Shown: in pieces, positions 12,001-24,000 of the stretch
Layout: every line of letters begins with the position of its first letter
How positions within the stretch are numbered: position 1 is the stretch's first letter
Assembly: GCF_964213995.1 (NCBI RefSeq)
Contig: NC_135808.1
Location: 21,824,001 to 21,888,000, forward strand
Direction of reading: 5' to 3'
Length of the DNA: 64,000 nucleotides
Origin: Mustelus asterias
Lineage: Eukaryota
Made by a program: the position numbers and the translations under genes
The notes under the pieces: generated by a model
What the model was told of the DNA's origin: nothing
Seen by the model: the letters and a program-made list of their open reading frames with translations, nothing else
The model's database searches: none

Positions 12001-15000
12001 CTCTCTCTCACTCTCTGCCCCTCTCTCGCTCGCTCTCTGCGCCCCTCTCTCTCTTGCTCTCTGCGCCTCTCTCGCTCGCTCTCTGCGCCCCTCTCTCGCT
12101 CGCTCTCTGCGCTCCTCTCTCTCTCGCTCTCTGCGCCTCTCTCGCTCACTCTCTGCGCCTCTCTCTCTCGCTCTCTGCGTGCCTCTCTCGCTCGCTCTCT
12201 GCGCCCCTCTCTCGCTCTCTGCGCCCCTCTCTCGCTCGCTCTCTGCGCCTCTCTCGCTCGCTCTCTGCGCCCCTCTCTCGCTCGCTCTCTGCCCCTCTCT
12301 CGCTCGCTCTCTGCGCCACTCTCTCGCTCGCTCTCTGCGCCCCTCCCTCTCTCGCTCTCTGCGACTCTCTCGCTCGCTATCTGCACCCCTCTCTCGCTCG
12401 CTCTCTGCGCTCCTCTCTCTCGCTCTCTGCGCCTCTCTCGCTCGCTCTCTGCTCGTCTGTCTCGCTCGCTCTCTGCGCCCCTCTCTCTCTCGCTCTCTGC
12501 GCGCCTCTCTCACTCTCTGCGCGTCTCTCTCTCTCGCTCTCTGCGCCCCTCTCTCTCTCGCTCTCTGCGCGCCTCTCTCGCTCGCTCTCTGCGCCTCTCT
12601 CGCTCGCTCTCTGCGTGCCTCTCGCTCGCTCTCTGCGCCCCTCTCTCTCTCGCTCTCTGCGACTCTCTCGCTCGCTCTCTGCACGCCTCTCTCGCTCGCT
12701 CTCTGCGCGCCTCTCTCTCGCTCTCTGCGCCTCTCTCGCTCGCTCTCTGCTCGTCTGTCTCGCTCGCTCTCTGCGCCCCTCTCTCTCTCACTCTCTGCGC
12801 GCCTCTCTCTCTCACTCTCTGCGCGCCTCTCTCTCTCGCTCTCTGCGCGCCTCTCTCGCTCGCTCTCTGCGCCTCTCTCGCTCGCTCTCTGCGTGCCTCT
12901 CTCTCGCTCTCTGCGCCCCTCTCTCTCTCGCTCTCTGCGCCTCTCTTGCTCGCTCTCTGCGCCCCTCTCTCTCTCGCTCTCTGCGCCTCTCTCGCTCGCT
13001 CTCTGCGCCACTCTCTCGCTCTCTGCGCCTCTCTTGCTCGCTCTCTGTGCGCCTCTCTCTCTCGCTCTCTGCGCCCCTCTCTCGCTCGCTCTCTACATTC
13101 CTCTCTCTCTCGCGCTCTGTGCCTCTCTCGCTCACTCTCTGCGCCTCTCTCTCTCGCTCTCTGCGCGCCTCTCTCGCTCGCTCTCTGCGCCGCTCTCTCG
13201 CTCGCTCTCTGCGCCCCTCTCTCGCTCGCTCTCAGCGCCTCTCTCGCTCGCTCTCTGCGCCCCTCTCTCGCACGCTCTCTGCGCCTCTCCCGCTCGCTCT
13301 CTGCGCACTTCTCTCGCTCGCTCTCTGCGCCCCTCTCTCTCGCTCTCTGCGCCTCTCTCACTCGCTCTCTGCGCCCCTCTCTCGCTCGCTCTCTGCGCGC
13401 CTCTCTCTCTCACTCTCTGCGCCTCTCTCGCTCGCTCTCTGCGCCACTTTCTCTCTCGCTCTCTGCGCCTCTCTCTCTCGCTCTCTGCGCGCCTCTCTCT
13501 CTCGCTCTCTGCGCGCCTCTCTCGCTCGCTCTCTGCGCCTCTCTCTCGCTCTCTGCGCGCCTCTCTCGCTCGCTCTCTGCGCGCTTCTCTTGCTCGCTCT
13601 CTGCACGCCTCTCTCGCTCGCTCTCTGTGCCTCTCTCGCTCGCTATCTGCGCGCCTCCCTCGCTCGCTCTCTGCGCCCCTCTCTCTCTGGCTCTCTGCGC
13701 GCCTCTCTCTCTCGCTCTCTGCGCCTCTCTCGCTCGCTCTCTGCGCCTCTCTCGCTCTCTGCGCGCCTCTCTCTCTCGCTCTCTGCGCCTCTCTCGCTCG
13801 CTGTCTGCGCCTCTCTCTCTCGCGCTCTGCGTGCCTCTCTCTCTTGCTCGCTGCGCCCTTCTCTCGCTCACTCTCTGCTCCTCTCTCTCGCTCGCTCTCT
13901 GCTCCTCTCTCTCTCGCTCTCTGCATGCCTCCCTCGCTCGCTCTCTGCACCTCTCTCGCTCGCTCTCTGCTCCTCTCTCTCTCGCTCTCTGCGTGCCTCT
14001 CTTGCTCGCTCTCTGCGTGCCTCTCTTGCTCGCTCTCTGCGTGCCTCTCTCTCTCGCTCTCTGCGCGCCTCTCTCGCTCGCTCTCTGCGCCTCTCTCGAT
14101 CGCTCTCTGCGCCTCTCTCGCTCGCTCTCTGCGCACCTCTCTCTCTCGCTCTCTGCGCCTCTCTCGCTCGCTGTCTGCACGCCTCTCTTGCTCGCTCTCT
14201 GCGCCTCTCTTGCCCGCTCTTTGCGTCCCTCTCTCGCTCGCTCTCTGCGCCTCTCCCGCTCGCTCTCTGCGCCTCTCTCGCCCACTCTCTGCGTGCCTCT
14301 CTCGCTCGCTCTCTGCGCACCTCTCTCGCTCGCTCTCTTCGCCTCTCCCGCTCGCTCTCTGCGCCTCTCTCGCCCGCTCTCTGCGCGCCTCTCTCGCTCG
14401 CTCTCTGCACCTCTCTCGCTCGCTCTCTGCTCCTCTCTCGCTCGCTCTCTGCGTGCCTCTCTCTCTCGCTCTCTGCCCCTCTCTCGCTCGCTCTCTGCGC
14501 GCCTCTCTCGCTCGCTCTCTGCGCCTCTCTTGCTCGCTCTCTGCGCGACTCTCTCGCTCGCTCTCTGCGCTTCTCTCGCTCGCTCTCTGCGTGCCTCTCT
14601 TGCTCGCTCTCTGCGCGTCTCTTTCGCTCGCTCTCCGCGCCTCTCTCGCTCACTCTCTGCGCCTCTCTCGCTCGCTCTCTGCGCGCCTCTCTCACTCGCT
14701 CTCTGCGCCTCTCTCGCTCGTTCTCTGCGCGCCTCTCTCGCTCGCTCTCTGCGCCTCTCTCGCTCGCTCTCTGCGCCTCTCTCTCTCGCTCTCTGCGCGA
14801 CTCTCTCGCTCGCTCTCTGCGCGACTCTCTCGCTCGCTCTCTGCGCGGCTCTCTCTCTCGCTCTCTGCACCTCTCTCGCTCGCTCTCTGCGTGCCTCTCT
14901 CTCGCTCTCTGCACCTCTCTCTCTCGCTCTCTGCGCCTCTCTCGCTCGCTCTCTGCGCCCCTCTCTCTCTTGCTCTCTGCGCCTCTCTCGCTCGCTCTCT

Positions 15001-18000
15001 GCGCCCCTCTCTCGCTCGCTCTCTGCGCTCCTCTCTCTCTCGCTCTCTGCGCCTCTCTCGCTCACTCTCTGCGCCTCTCTCTCTCGCTCTCTGCGTGCCT
15101 CTCTCGCTCGCTCTCTGCGCCCCTCTCTCGCTCTCTGCGCCCCTCTCTCGCTCGCTCTCTGCGCCTCTCTCGCTCGCTCTCTGCGCCCCTCTCTCGCTCG
15201 CTCTCTGCCCCTCTCTCGCTCGCTCTCTGCGCCACTCCCTCGCTCGCTCTCTGCACCCCTCCCTCTCTCGCTCTCTGCGACTCTCTCGCTCGCTATCTGC
15301 ACCCCTCTCTCGCTCGCTCTCTGCGCTCCTCTCTCTCGCTCTCTGCGCCTCTCTCGCTCGCTCTCTGCTCGTCTGTCTCGCTCGCTCTCTGCGCCCCTCT
15401 CTCTCTCGCTCTCTGCGCGCCTCTCTCACTCTCTGCGCGCCTCTCTCTCTCGCTCTCTGCGCCCCTCTCTCTCTCGCTCTCTGCGCGCCTCTCTCGCTCG
15501 CTCTCTGCGCCTCTCTCGCTCGCTCTCTGCGTGCCTCTCGCTCGCTCTCTGCGCCCCTCTCTCTCTCGCTCTCTGCGACTCTCTCGCTCGCTCTCTGCAC
15601 GCCTCTCTCGCTCGCTCTCTGCGCGCCTCTCTCTCGCTCTCTGCGCCTCTCTCGCTCGCTCTCTGCTCGTCTGTCTCGCTCGCTCTCTGCGCCCCTCTCT
15701 CTCTCACTCTCTGCGCGCCTCTCTCTCTCACTCTCTGCGCGCCTCTCTCTCTCGCTCTCTGCGCGCCTCTCTCGCTCGCTCTCTGCGCCTCTCTCGCTCG
15801 CTCTCTGCGTGCCTCTCTCTCGCTCTCTGCGCCCCTCTCTCTCTCGCTCTCTGCGCCTCTCTTGCTCGCTCTCTGCGCCCCTCTCTCTCTCGCTCTCTGC
15901 GCCTCTCTCGCTCGCTCTCTGCGCCACTCTCTCGCTCTCTGCGCCTCTCTTGCTCGCTCTCTGTGCGCCTCTCTCTCTCGCTCTCTGCGCCCCTCTCTCG
16001 CTCGCTCTCTACATTCCTCTCTCTCTCGCGCTCTGTGCCTCTCTCGCTCACTCTCTGCGCCTCTCTCTCTCGCTCTCTGCGCGCCTCTCTCGCTCGCTCT
16101 CTGCGCCGCTCTCTCGCTCGCTCTCTGCGCCCCTCTCTCGCTCGCTCTCAGCGCCTCTCTCGCACGCTCTCTGCGCCCCTCTCTCTCTCGCTCTCTGCGC
16201 CTCTCTTGCTCGCTCTCTGCGCCCCTCTCTCTCTCGCTCTCTGCGCCTCTCTCGCTCGCTCTCTGCGCCACTCTCTCGCTCTCTGCGCCTCTCTTGCTCG
16301 CTCTCTGTGCCTCTCTCTCTCTCGCTCTCTGCGCCCCTCTCTCGCTCGCTCTCTACATTCCTCTCTCTCTCGCGCTCTGTGCCTCTCTCGCTCACTCTCT
16401 GCGCCTCTCTCTCTCGCTCTCTGCGCGCCTCTCTCGCTCGCTCTCTGCGCCGCTCTCTCGCTCGCTCTCTGCGCCCCTCTCTCGCTCGCTCTCTGCGCGC
16501 CTCTCTCTCTCACTCTCTGCGCCTCTCTCGCTCGCTCTCTGCGCCACTTTCTCTCTCGCTCTCTGCGCCTCTCTCTCTCGCTCTCTGCGCGCCTCTCTCT
16601 CTCGCTCTCTGCGCGCCTCTCTCGCTCGCTCTCTGCGCCTCTCTCTCGCTCTCTGCGCGCCTCTCTCGCTCGCTCTCTGCGCGCTTCTCTTGCTCGCTCT
16701 CTGCACGCCTCTCTCGCTCGCTCTCTGTGCCTCTCTCGCTCGCTATCTGCGCGCCTCCCTCGCTCGCTCTCTGCGCCCCTCTCTCTCTGGCTCTCTGCGC
16801 GCCTCTCTCTCTCGCTCTCTGCGCCTCTCTCGCTCGCTCTCTGCGCCTCTCTCGCTCTCTGCGCGCCTCTCTCTCTCGCTCTCTGCGCCTCTCTCGCTCG
16901 CTGTCTGCGCCTCTCTCTCTCGCTCTCTGCGTGCCTCTCTCTCTTGCTCGCTGCGCCCTTCTCTCGCTCACTCTCTGCTCCTCTCTCTCGCTCGCTCTCT
17001 GCTCCTCTCTCTCTCGCTCTCTGCATGCCTCCCTCGCTCGCTCTCTGCACCTCTCTCGCTCGCTCTCTGCTCCTCTCTCTCTCGCTCTCTGCGTGCCTCT
17101 CTTGCTCGCTCTCTGCGTGCCTCTCTTGCTCGCTCTCTGCGTGCCTCTCTCTCTCGCTCTCTGCGCGCCTCTCTCGCTCGCTCTCTGCGCCTCTCTCGAT
17201 CGCTCTCTGCGCCTCTCTCGCTCGCTCTCTGCGCACCTCTCTCTCTCGCTCTCTGCGCCTCTCTCGCTCGCTGTCTGCACGCCTCTCTTGCTCGCTCTCT
17301 GCGCCTCTCTTGCCCGCTCTTTGCGTGCCTCTCTCGCTCGCTCTCTGCGCCTCTCCCGCTCGCTCTCTGCGCCTCTCTCGCCCACTCTCTGCGTGCCTCT
17401 CTCGCTCGCTCTCTGCGCACCTCTCTCGCTCGCTCTCTTCGCCTCTCCCGCTCGCTCTCTGCGCCTCTCTCGCCCGCTCTCTGCGCGCCTCTCTCGCTCG
17501 CTCTCTGCACCTCTCTCGCTCGCTCTCTGCTCCTCTCTCGCTCGCTCTCTGCGTGCCTCTCTCTCTCGCTCTCTGCCCCTCTCTCGCTCGCTCTCTGCGC
17601 GCCTCTCTCGCTCGCTCTCTGCGCCTCTCTTGCTCGCTCTCTGCGCGACTCTCTCGCTCGCTCTCTGCGCCTCTCTCGCTCGCTCTCTGCGCGCCTCTCT
17701 CGCTCGCTCTCTGTGCCTCTCTCGCTCGCTCTCTGCGCTTCTCTCGCTCGCTCTCTGCGTGCCTCTCTCGCTCGCTCTCTGCGCGTCTCTTTCGCTCGCT
17801 CTCCGCGCCTCTCTCGCTCACTCTCTGCGCCTCTCTCGCTCGCTCTCTGCGCGCCTCTCTCACTCGCTCTCTGCGCCTCTCTCGCTCGTTCTCTGCGCGC
17901 CTCTCTCGCTCGCTCTCTGCGCCTCTCTCGCTCGCTCTCTGCGCGCCTCTCTCGCTCGCTCTCTGCGCCCCTCTCTCGCTCGCTCTCTGCGCCCCTCTCT

Positions 18001-21000
18001 CGCTCGCTCTCTGCGCACCTCTCTCTCTCTGCAACTCTCTCGCTCGCTCTCTGCGCGCCTCTCTCACTCGCTCTCTGCGCCTCTCTCGCCCGCTCTCTGC
18101 GTGCCTCTCTCGCTCGCTTTCTGCGCGCCTCTCTCGCTCGCTCTCTTCGCCTCTCCCGCTCGCTCTCTGCGCCTCTCTCGCCCGCTCTCTGCGCCTCTCT
18201 CGCCCGCTCTCTGCGCGCCTCTCTCGCTCGCTCTCTGCGCCACTCTCGCCCGCTCTCTGTGCGCCTCTCTCGCTCGCTCTCTCCGCCACTCTCGCCCGCT
18301 CTCTGCGCGCCTCTCTCGCTCACTCTCTGCTCCTCTCTCGCCCGCTCTCTGCTCCTCTCTCTCTCGCTCTCTGCGCCTCTCTCGCTCGCTCTCTGCACCT
18401 CTCTGACTCGCTCTCTGCGCGCCTCTTTCTCTCGCTCTCTGCGCGCCTCTCTCGCTCACTCTCTGCGACTCTCTCTCTCGCTCTCTGCGCCTCTCTCGCT
18501 CGCTCTCTGCGCGCCTCTCTCGCTCGCTCTCTGCGTGCCTCTCTCGCTCGCTCTCTGCGCGCCTCTCTCGATCTCTGCGCCTCTCTCTCTCGCTCTCTAC
18601 TCCCCTCTCTCTCTCGCTCTCTGCGCCCCTCTCTCTCTCGCTCTCTGCGCCCCTCTCTCTCTCGCTCTCTGCGCCTCTCTCGCTCGCTTTCTGCGCGCCT
18701 CTCCCGCTCGCTCTCTGCGCGCCTCTCCCGCCCGCTCTCTGCGCGCCTCTCCCGCCCGCTCTCTGCGCCTCTCTCGCTCGCTCTCTGGGCGCCTCTCTCG
18801 CTCGCTCTCTGCGCCTCTCTCGCTCGCTCTCTGCGCCTCTCTCTCTCGCTCTCTGCGCGACTCTCTCGCTTGCTCTCTGCGCGGCTCTCTCTCTCGCTCT
18901 CTGCAGCTCTCTCGCTCGCGCTCTGCATGTCTCTCTCTCGCTCTCTGCGCCCCTCTCTCTCTCGCTCTCTGCGCCTCTCTCACTCGCTCTCTGCGCCTCT
19001 CTCGCACGCTCTCTGCGCCCCTCTCTCTCTCGCTCTCTGCCCCTCTCTCGCTCGCTCTCTGTGCCCCTCTCTCTCTCGCTCTCTGCGCCTCTCTCGCTCG
19101 CTCTCTGCGCGTCTCTCTCTCTCGCTGTCTGCGCCCCTCTCTCGCTCGCTCTCTGTGCGCCTCTCTCGCTCGCTCTCTGCGCCTCTCCCACTCGCTCTCT
19201 GTGCCTCTCTCGCCCGATCTCTGCGCGCCCCTCTCGCTCGCTCTCTGCTTCTCTCTCGCTCGCTCTCTGCGCGCCTCTCTCGCTCGCTCTCTGCGCCCCT
19301 CTCTCTCTCGCTCTCTGCGCGCCTCTCTCGCTCGCTCTCTGCGCCTCTCTCGCTCGCTCTCTGCGTGCCTCTCGCTCGCTCTCTGCGCCCCTCTCTCTCT
19401 CGCTCTCTGCGACTCTCTCGCTCGCTCTCTGCACGCCTCTCTCGCTCGCTCTCTGCGCGCCTCTCTCTCGCTCTCTGCGCCTCTCTCGCTCGCTCTCTGC
19501 TCGTCTGTCTCGCTCGCTCTCTGCGCCCCTCTCTCTCTCACTCTCTGCGCGCCTCTCTCTCTCGCTCTCTGCGCGCCTCTCTCGCTCGCTCTCTGCGCCT
19601 CTCTCGCTCGCTCTCTGCGTGCCTCTCTCTCGCTCTCTGCGCCCCTCTCTCTCTCGCTCTCTGCGCCTCTCTTGCTCGCTCTCTGCGCCCCTCTCTCTCT
19701 CGCTCTCTGCGCCTCTCTCGCTCGCTCTCTGCGCCACTCTCTCGCTCTCTGCGCCTCTCTTGCTCGCTCTCTGTGCGCCTCTCTCTCTCGCTCTCTGCGC
19801 CCCTCTCTCGCTCGCTCTCTACATTCCTCTCTCTCTCGCGCTCTGTGCCTCTCTCGCTCACTCTCTGCGCCTCTCTCTCTCGCTCTCTGCGCGCCTCTCT
19901 CGCTCGCTCTCTGCGCCGCTCTCTCGCTCGCTCTCTGCGCCCCTCTCTCGCTCGCTCTCAGCGCCTCTCTCGCTCGCTCTCTGCGCCCCTCTCTCGCACG
20001 CTCTCTGCGCCTCTCCCGCTCGCTCTCTGCGCACTTCTCTCGCTCGCTCTCTGCGCCCCTCTCTCTCGCTCTCTGCGCCTCTCTCACTCGCTCTCTGCGC
20101 CCCTCTCTCGCTCGCTCTCTGCGCGCCTCTCTCTCTCACTCTCTGCGCCTCTCTCGCTCGCTCTCTGCGCCACTTTCTCTCTCGCTCTCTGCGCCTCTCT
20201 CTCTCGCTCTCTGCGCGCCTCTCTCTCTCGCTCTCTGCGCGCCTCTCTCGCTCGCTCTCTGCGCCTCTCTCTCGCTCTCTGCGCGCCTCTCTCGCTCGCT
20301 CTCTGCGCGCTTCTCTTGCTCGCTCTCTGCACGCCTCTCTCGCTCGCTCTCTGTGCCTCTCTCGCTCGCTATCTGCGCGCCTCCCTCGCTCGCTCTCTGC
20401 GCCCCTCTCTCTCTGGCTCTCTGCGCGCCTCTCTCTCTCGCTCTCTGCGCCTCTCTCGCTCGCTCTCTGCGCCTCTCTCGCTCTCTGCGCGCCTCTCTCT
20501 CTCGCTCTCTGCGCCTCTCTCGCTCGCTGTCTGCGCCTCTCTCTCTCGCTCTCTGCGTGCCTCTCTCTCTTGCTCGCTGCGCCCTTCTCTCGCTCACTCT
20601 CTGCTCCTCTCTCTCGCTCGCTCTCTGCTCCTCTCTCTCTCGCTCTCTGCATGCCTCCCTCGCTCGCTCTCTGCACCTCTCTCGCTCGCTCTCTGCTCCT
20701 CTCTCTCTCGCTCTCTGCGTGCCTCTCTTGCTCGCTCTCTGCGTGCCTCTCTTGCTCGCTCTCTGCGTGCCTCTCTCTCTCGCTCTCTGCGCGCCTCTCT
20801 CGCTCGCTCTCTGCGCCTCTCTCGATCGCTCTCTGCGCCTCTCTCGCTCGCTCTCTGCGCACCTCTCTCTCTCGCTCTCTGCGCCTCTCTCGCTCGCTGT
20901 CTGCGCGCCTCTCTTGCTCGCTCTCTGCGCCTCTCTTGCCCGCTCTTTGCGTGCCTCTCTCGCTCGCTCTCTGCGCCTCTCCCGCTCGCTCTCTGCGCCT

Positions 21001-24000
21001 CTCTCGCCCACTCTCTGCGTGCCTCTCTCGCTCGCTCTCTGCGCACCTCTCTCGCTCGCTCTCTTCGCCTCTCCCGCTCGCTCTCTGCGCCTCTCTCGCC
21101 CGCTCTCTGCGCGCCTCTCTCGCTCGCTCTCTGCACCTCTCTCGCTCGCTCTCTGCTCCTCTCTCGCTCGCTCTCTGCGTGCCTCTCTCTCTCGCTCTCT
21201 GCCCCTCTCTCGCTCGCTCTCTGTGCGCCTCTCGCGCTCGCTCTCTGCGCCTCTCTTGCTCGCTCTCTGCGCGACTCTCTCGCTCGCTCTCTGCGCCTCT
21301 CTCGCTCGCTCTCTGCGCGCCTCTCTCGCTCGCTCTCTGTGCCTCTCTCGCTCGCTCTCTGCGCTTCTCTCGCTCGCTCTCTGCGTGCCTCTCTCGCTCG
21401 CTCTCTGCGCGTCTCTTTCGCTCGCTCTCCGCGCCTCTCTCGCTCACTCTCTGCGCCTCTCTCGCTCGCTCTCTGCGCGCCTCTCTCACTCGCTCTCTGC
21501 GCCTCTCTCGCTCGTTCTCTGCGCGCCTCTCTCGCTCGCTCTCTGCGCCTCTCTCGCTCGCTCTCTGCGCGCCTCTCTCGCTCGCTCTCTGCGCCCCTCT
21601 CTCGCTCGCTCTCTGCGCCCCTCTCTCGCTCGCTCTCTGCGCACCTCTCTCTCTCGCTCTCTGCAACTCTCTCGCTCGCTCTCTGCGCGCCTCTCTCACT
21701 CGCTCTCTGCGCCTCTCTCGCCCGCTCTCTGCGTGCCTCTCTCGCTCGCTTTCTGCGCGCCTCTCTCGCTCGCTCTCTTCGCCTCTCCCGCTCGCTCTCT
21801 GCGCCTCTCTCGCCCGCTCTCTGCGCCTCTCTCGCCCGCTCTCTGCGCGCCTCTCTCGCTCGCTCTCTGCGCCACTCTCGCCCGCTCTCTGTGCGCCTCT
21901 CTCGCTCGCTCTCTCCGCCACTCTCGCCCGCTCTCTGCGCGCCTCTCTCGCTCACTCTCTGCTCCTCTCTCGCCCGCTCTCTGCTCCTCTCTCTCTCGCT
22001 CTCTGCGCCTCTCTCGCTCGCTCTCTGCACCTCTCTGACTCGCTCTCTGCGCGCCTCTTTCTCTCGCTCTCTGCGCGCCTCTCTCGCTCACTCTCTGCGA
22101 CTCTCTCTCTCGCTCTCTGCGCCTCTCTCGCTCGCTCTCTGCGCGCCTCTCTCGCTCGCTCTCTGCGTGCCTCTCTCGCTCGCTCTCTGCGCGCCTCTCT
22201 CGATCTCTGCGCCTCTCTCTCTCGCTCTCTACACCCCTCTCCCTCTCGCTCTCTGCGCCCCTCTCTCTCTCGCTCTCTGCGCCCCTCTCTCTCTCGCTCT
22301 CTGCGCCTCTCTCACTCGCTTTCTGCGCGCCTCTCCCGCTCGCTCTCTGCGCGCCTCTCCCGCCCGCTCTCTGTGCGCCTCTCCCGCCCGCTCTCTGCGC
22401 CTCTCTCGCTCGCTCTCTGCGCGCCTCTCTCGCTCGCTCTCTGCGCCTCTCTCGCTCGCTCTCTGCGCCTCTCTCTCTCGCTCTCTGCGCGACTCTCTCG
22501 CTTGCTCTCTGCGCGGCTCTCTCTCTCGCTCTCTGCAGCTCTCTCGCTCGCGCTCTGCATGTCTCTCTCTCGCTCTCTGCGCCCCTCTCTCTCTCGCTCT
22601 CTGCGCCTCTCTCACTCGCTCTCTGCGCCTCTCTCGCACGCTCTCTGCGCCCCTCTCTCTCTCGCTCTCTGCCCCTCTCTCGCTCGCTCTCTGCCCCTCT
22701 CTCTCTCGCTCTCTGCGCCTCTCTCGCTCGCTCTCTGCGCGTCTCTCTCTCTCGCTGTCTGCGCCCCTCTCTCGCTCGCTCTCTGTGCGCCTCTCTCGCT
22801 CGCTCTCTGCGCCTCTCCCACTCGCTCTCTGTGCCTCTCTCGCCCGATCTCTGCGCGCCCCTCTCGCTCGCTCTCTGCTTCTCTCTCGCTCGCTCTCTGC
22901 GCGCCTCTCTCGCTCGCTCTCTGCTCCTCTCTCTCTCTGCGCCTCTCTCGCTCGCTCTCTGCTCCTCTCTCGCTCGCTCTCTGCGTGCCTCTCTCTCTCG
23001 CTCTCTGCGCGCCTCTCTCGCTCGCTCTCTGCGCCTCTCTCTCTTGTTCTCTGCGCCTCTCTCACTCGCTCTCTGCGCTCCTCTCTCTCTCGCTCTCTGC
23101 GCGTCTCTCTCACTCGCTCTCTGCGCCTCTCTCGCTCGCTCTCTGCGTGCCTCTCTCGCTCGCTCTCTGCACGCCTGTTTCGCTCGCTCTCTTCGCCTCT
23201 CCCGCTCGCTCTCTGCGCCTCTGTCGCCTGCTCTCTGCGCGCCTCTCTCGCTCGCTCTCTGCGCCTCTCTCGCTCGGTCTCTGCGCCTCTCTCGCTCGCT
23301 CTCTGTGCGCCTCTCTCGCTCGCACTCCGCACCTCTCCCACTCGCTCTCTTCGCCTCTCTCGCCCGCTCTCCGCGGGCCCCTCTCGCTCGCTCTCTGCTC
23401 CTCTCTCGCTCGCTCTCTGCTCCTCTCTCTCTCGCTCTCTGCGCCTCTCTCGCTCGCTCTCTGCTCCTCTCTCGCTCGCTCTCTGCGCGCCTCTCCCTCT
23501 TGCTCTCTGCGCGCCTCTCTCGCTCGCTCTCTGCGCCTCTCTCTCTCGCTCTCTGCGCCTCTCTCACTCGCTCTCTGCGCGCCTCTCTCGCTCGCTCTCT
23601 GCGCGCCTCTCTCGCTTGCTCTCTGCGCGCCTATCTCGCTCGCTCTCTGCGCACCTCTCTCGCTCTCTGCGCCTCTCTCTCTCGCTCTCTGCACCCCTCT
23701 CTCTCTCGCTTTCTGCGCCCCTCTCTATCTCGCTCTCTGCGCCTCTCCCGCCCGCTCTCTGCGCGCCTCTCCCGCCCGCTCTCTGCGCCTCTCTCGCTCG
23801 CTCTCTGCGCGCCTCTCTCGCTCGCTCTCTGCGCCTCTCTCGCTCGCTCTCTGCGCCTCTTTCACTCGCTCTCTGCGTGCCTCTCCCGCCCGCTCTCTGC
23901 GCCTCTCTTGCTCGCTCTCTGCGCGCCTCTCTCGCTCGCTCTCTGCGCCCCTCTCTCGCTCGCTCTCTGCGTGCCTCTCTCGCTCGCTCTCTGCACGGCT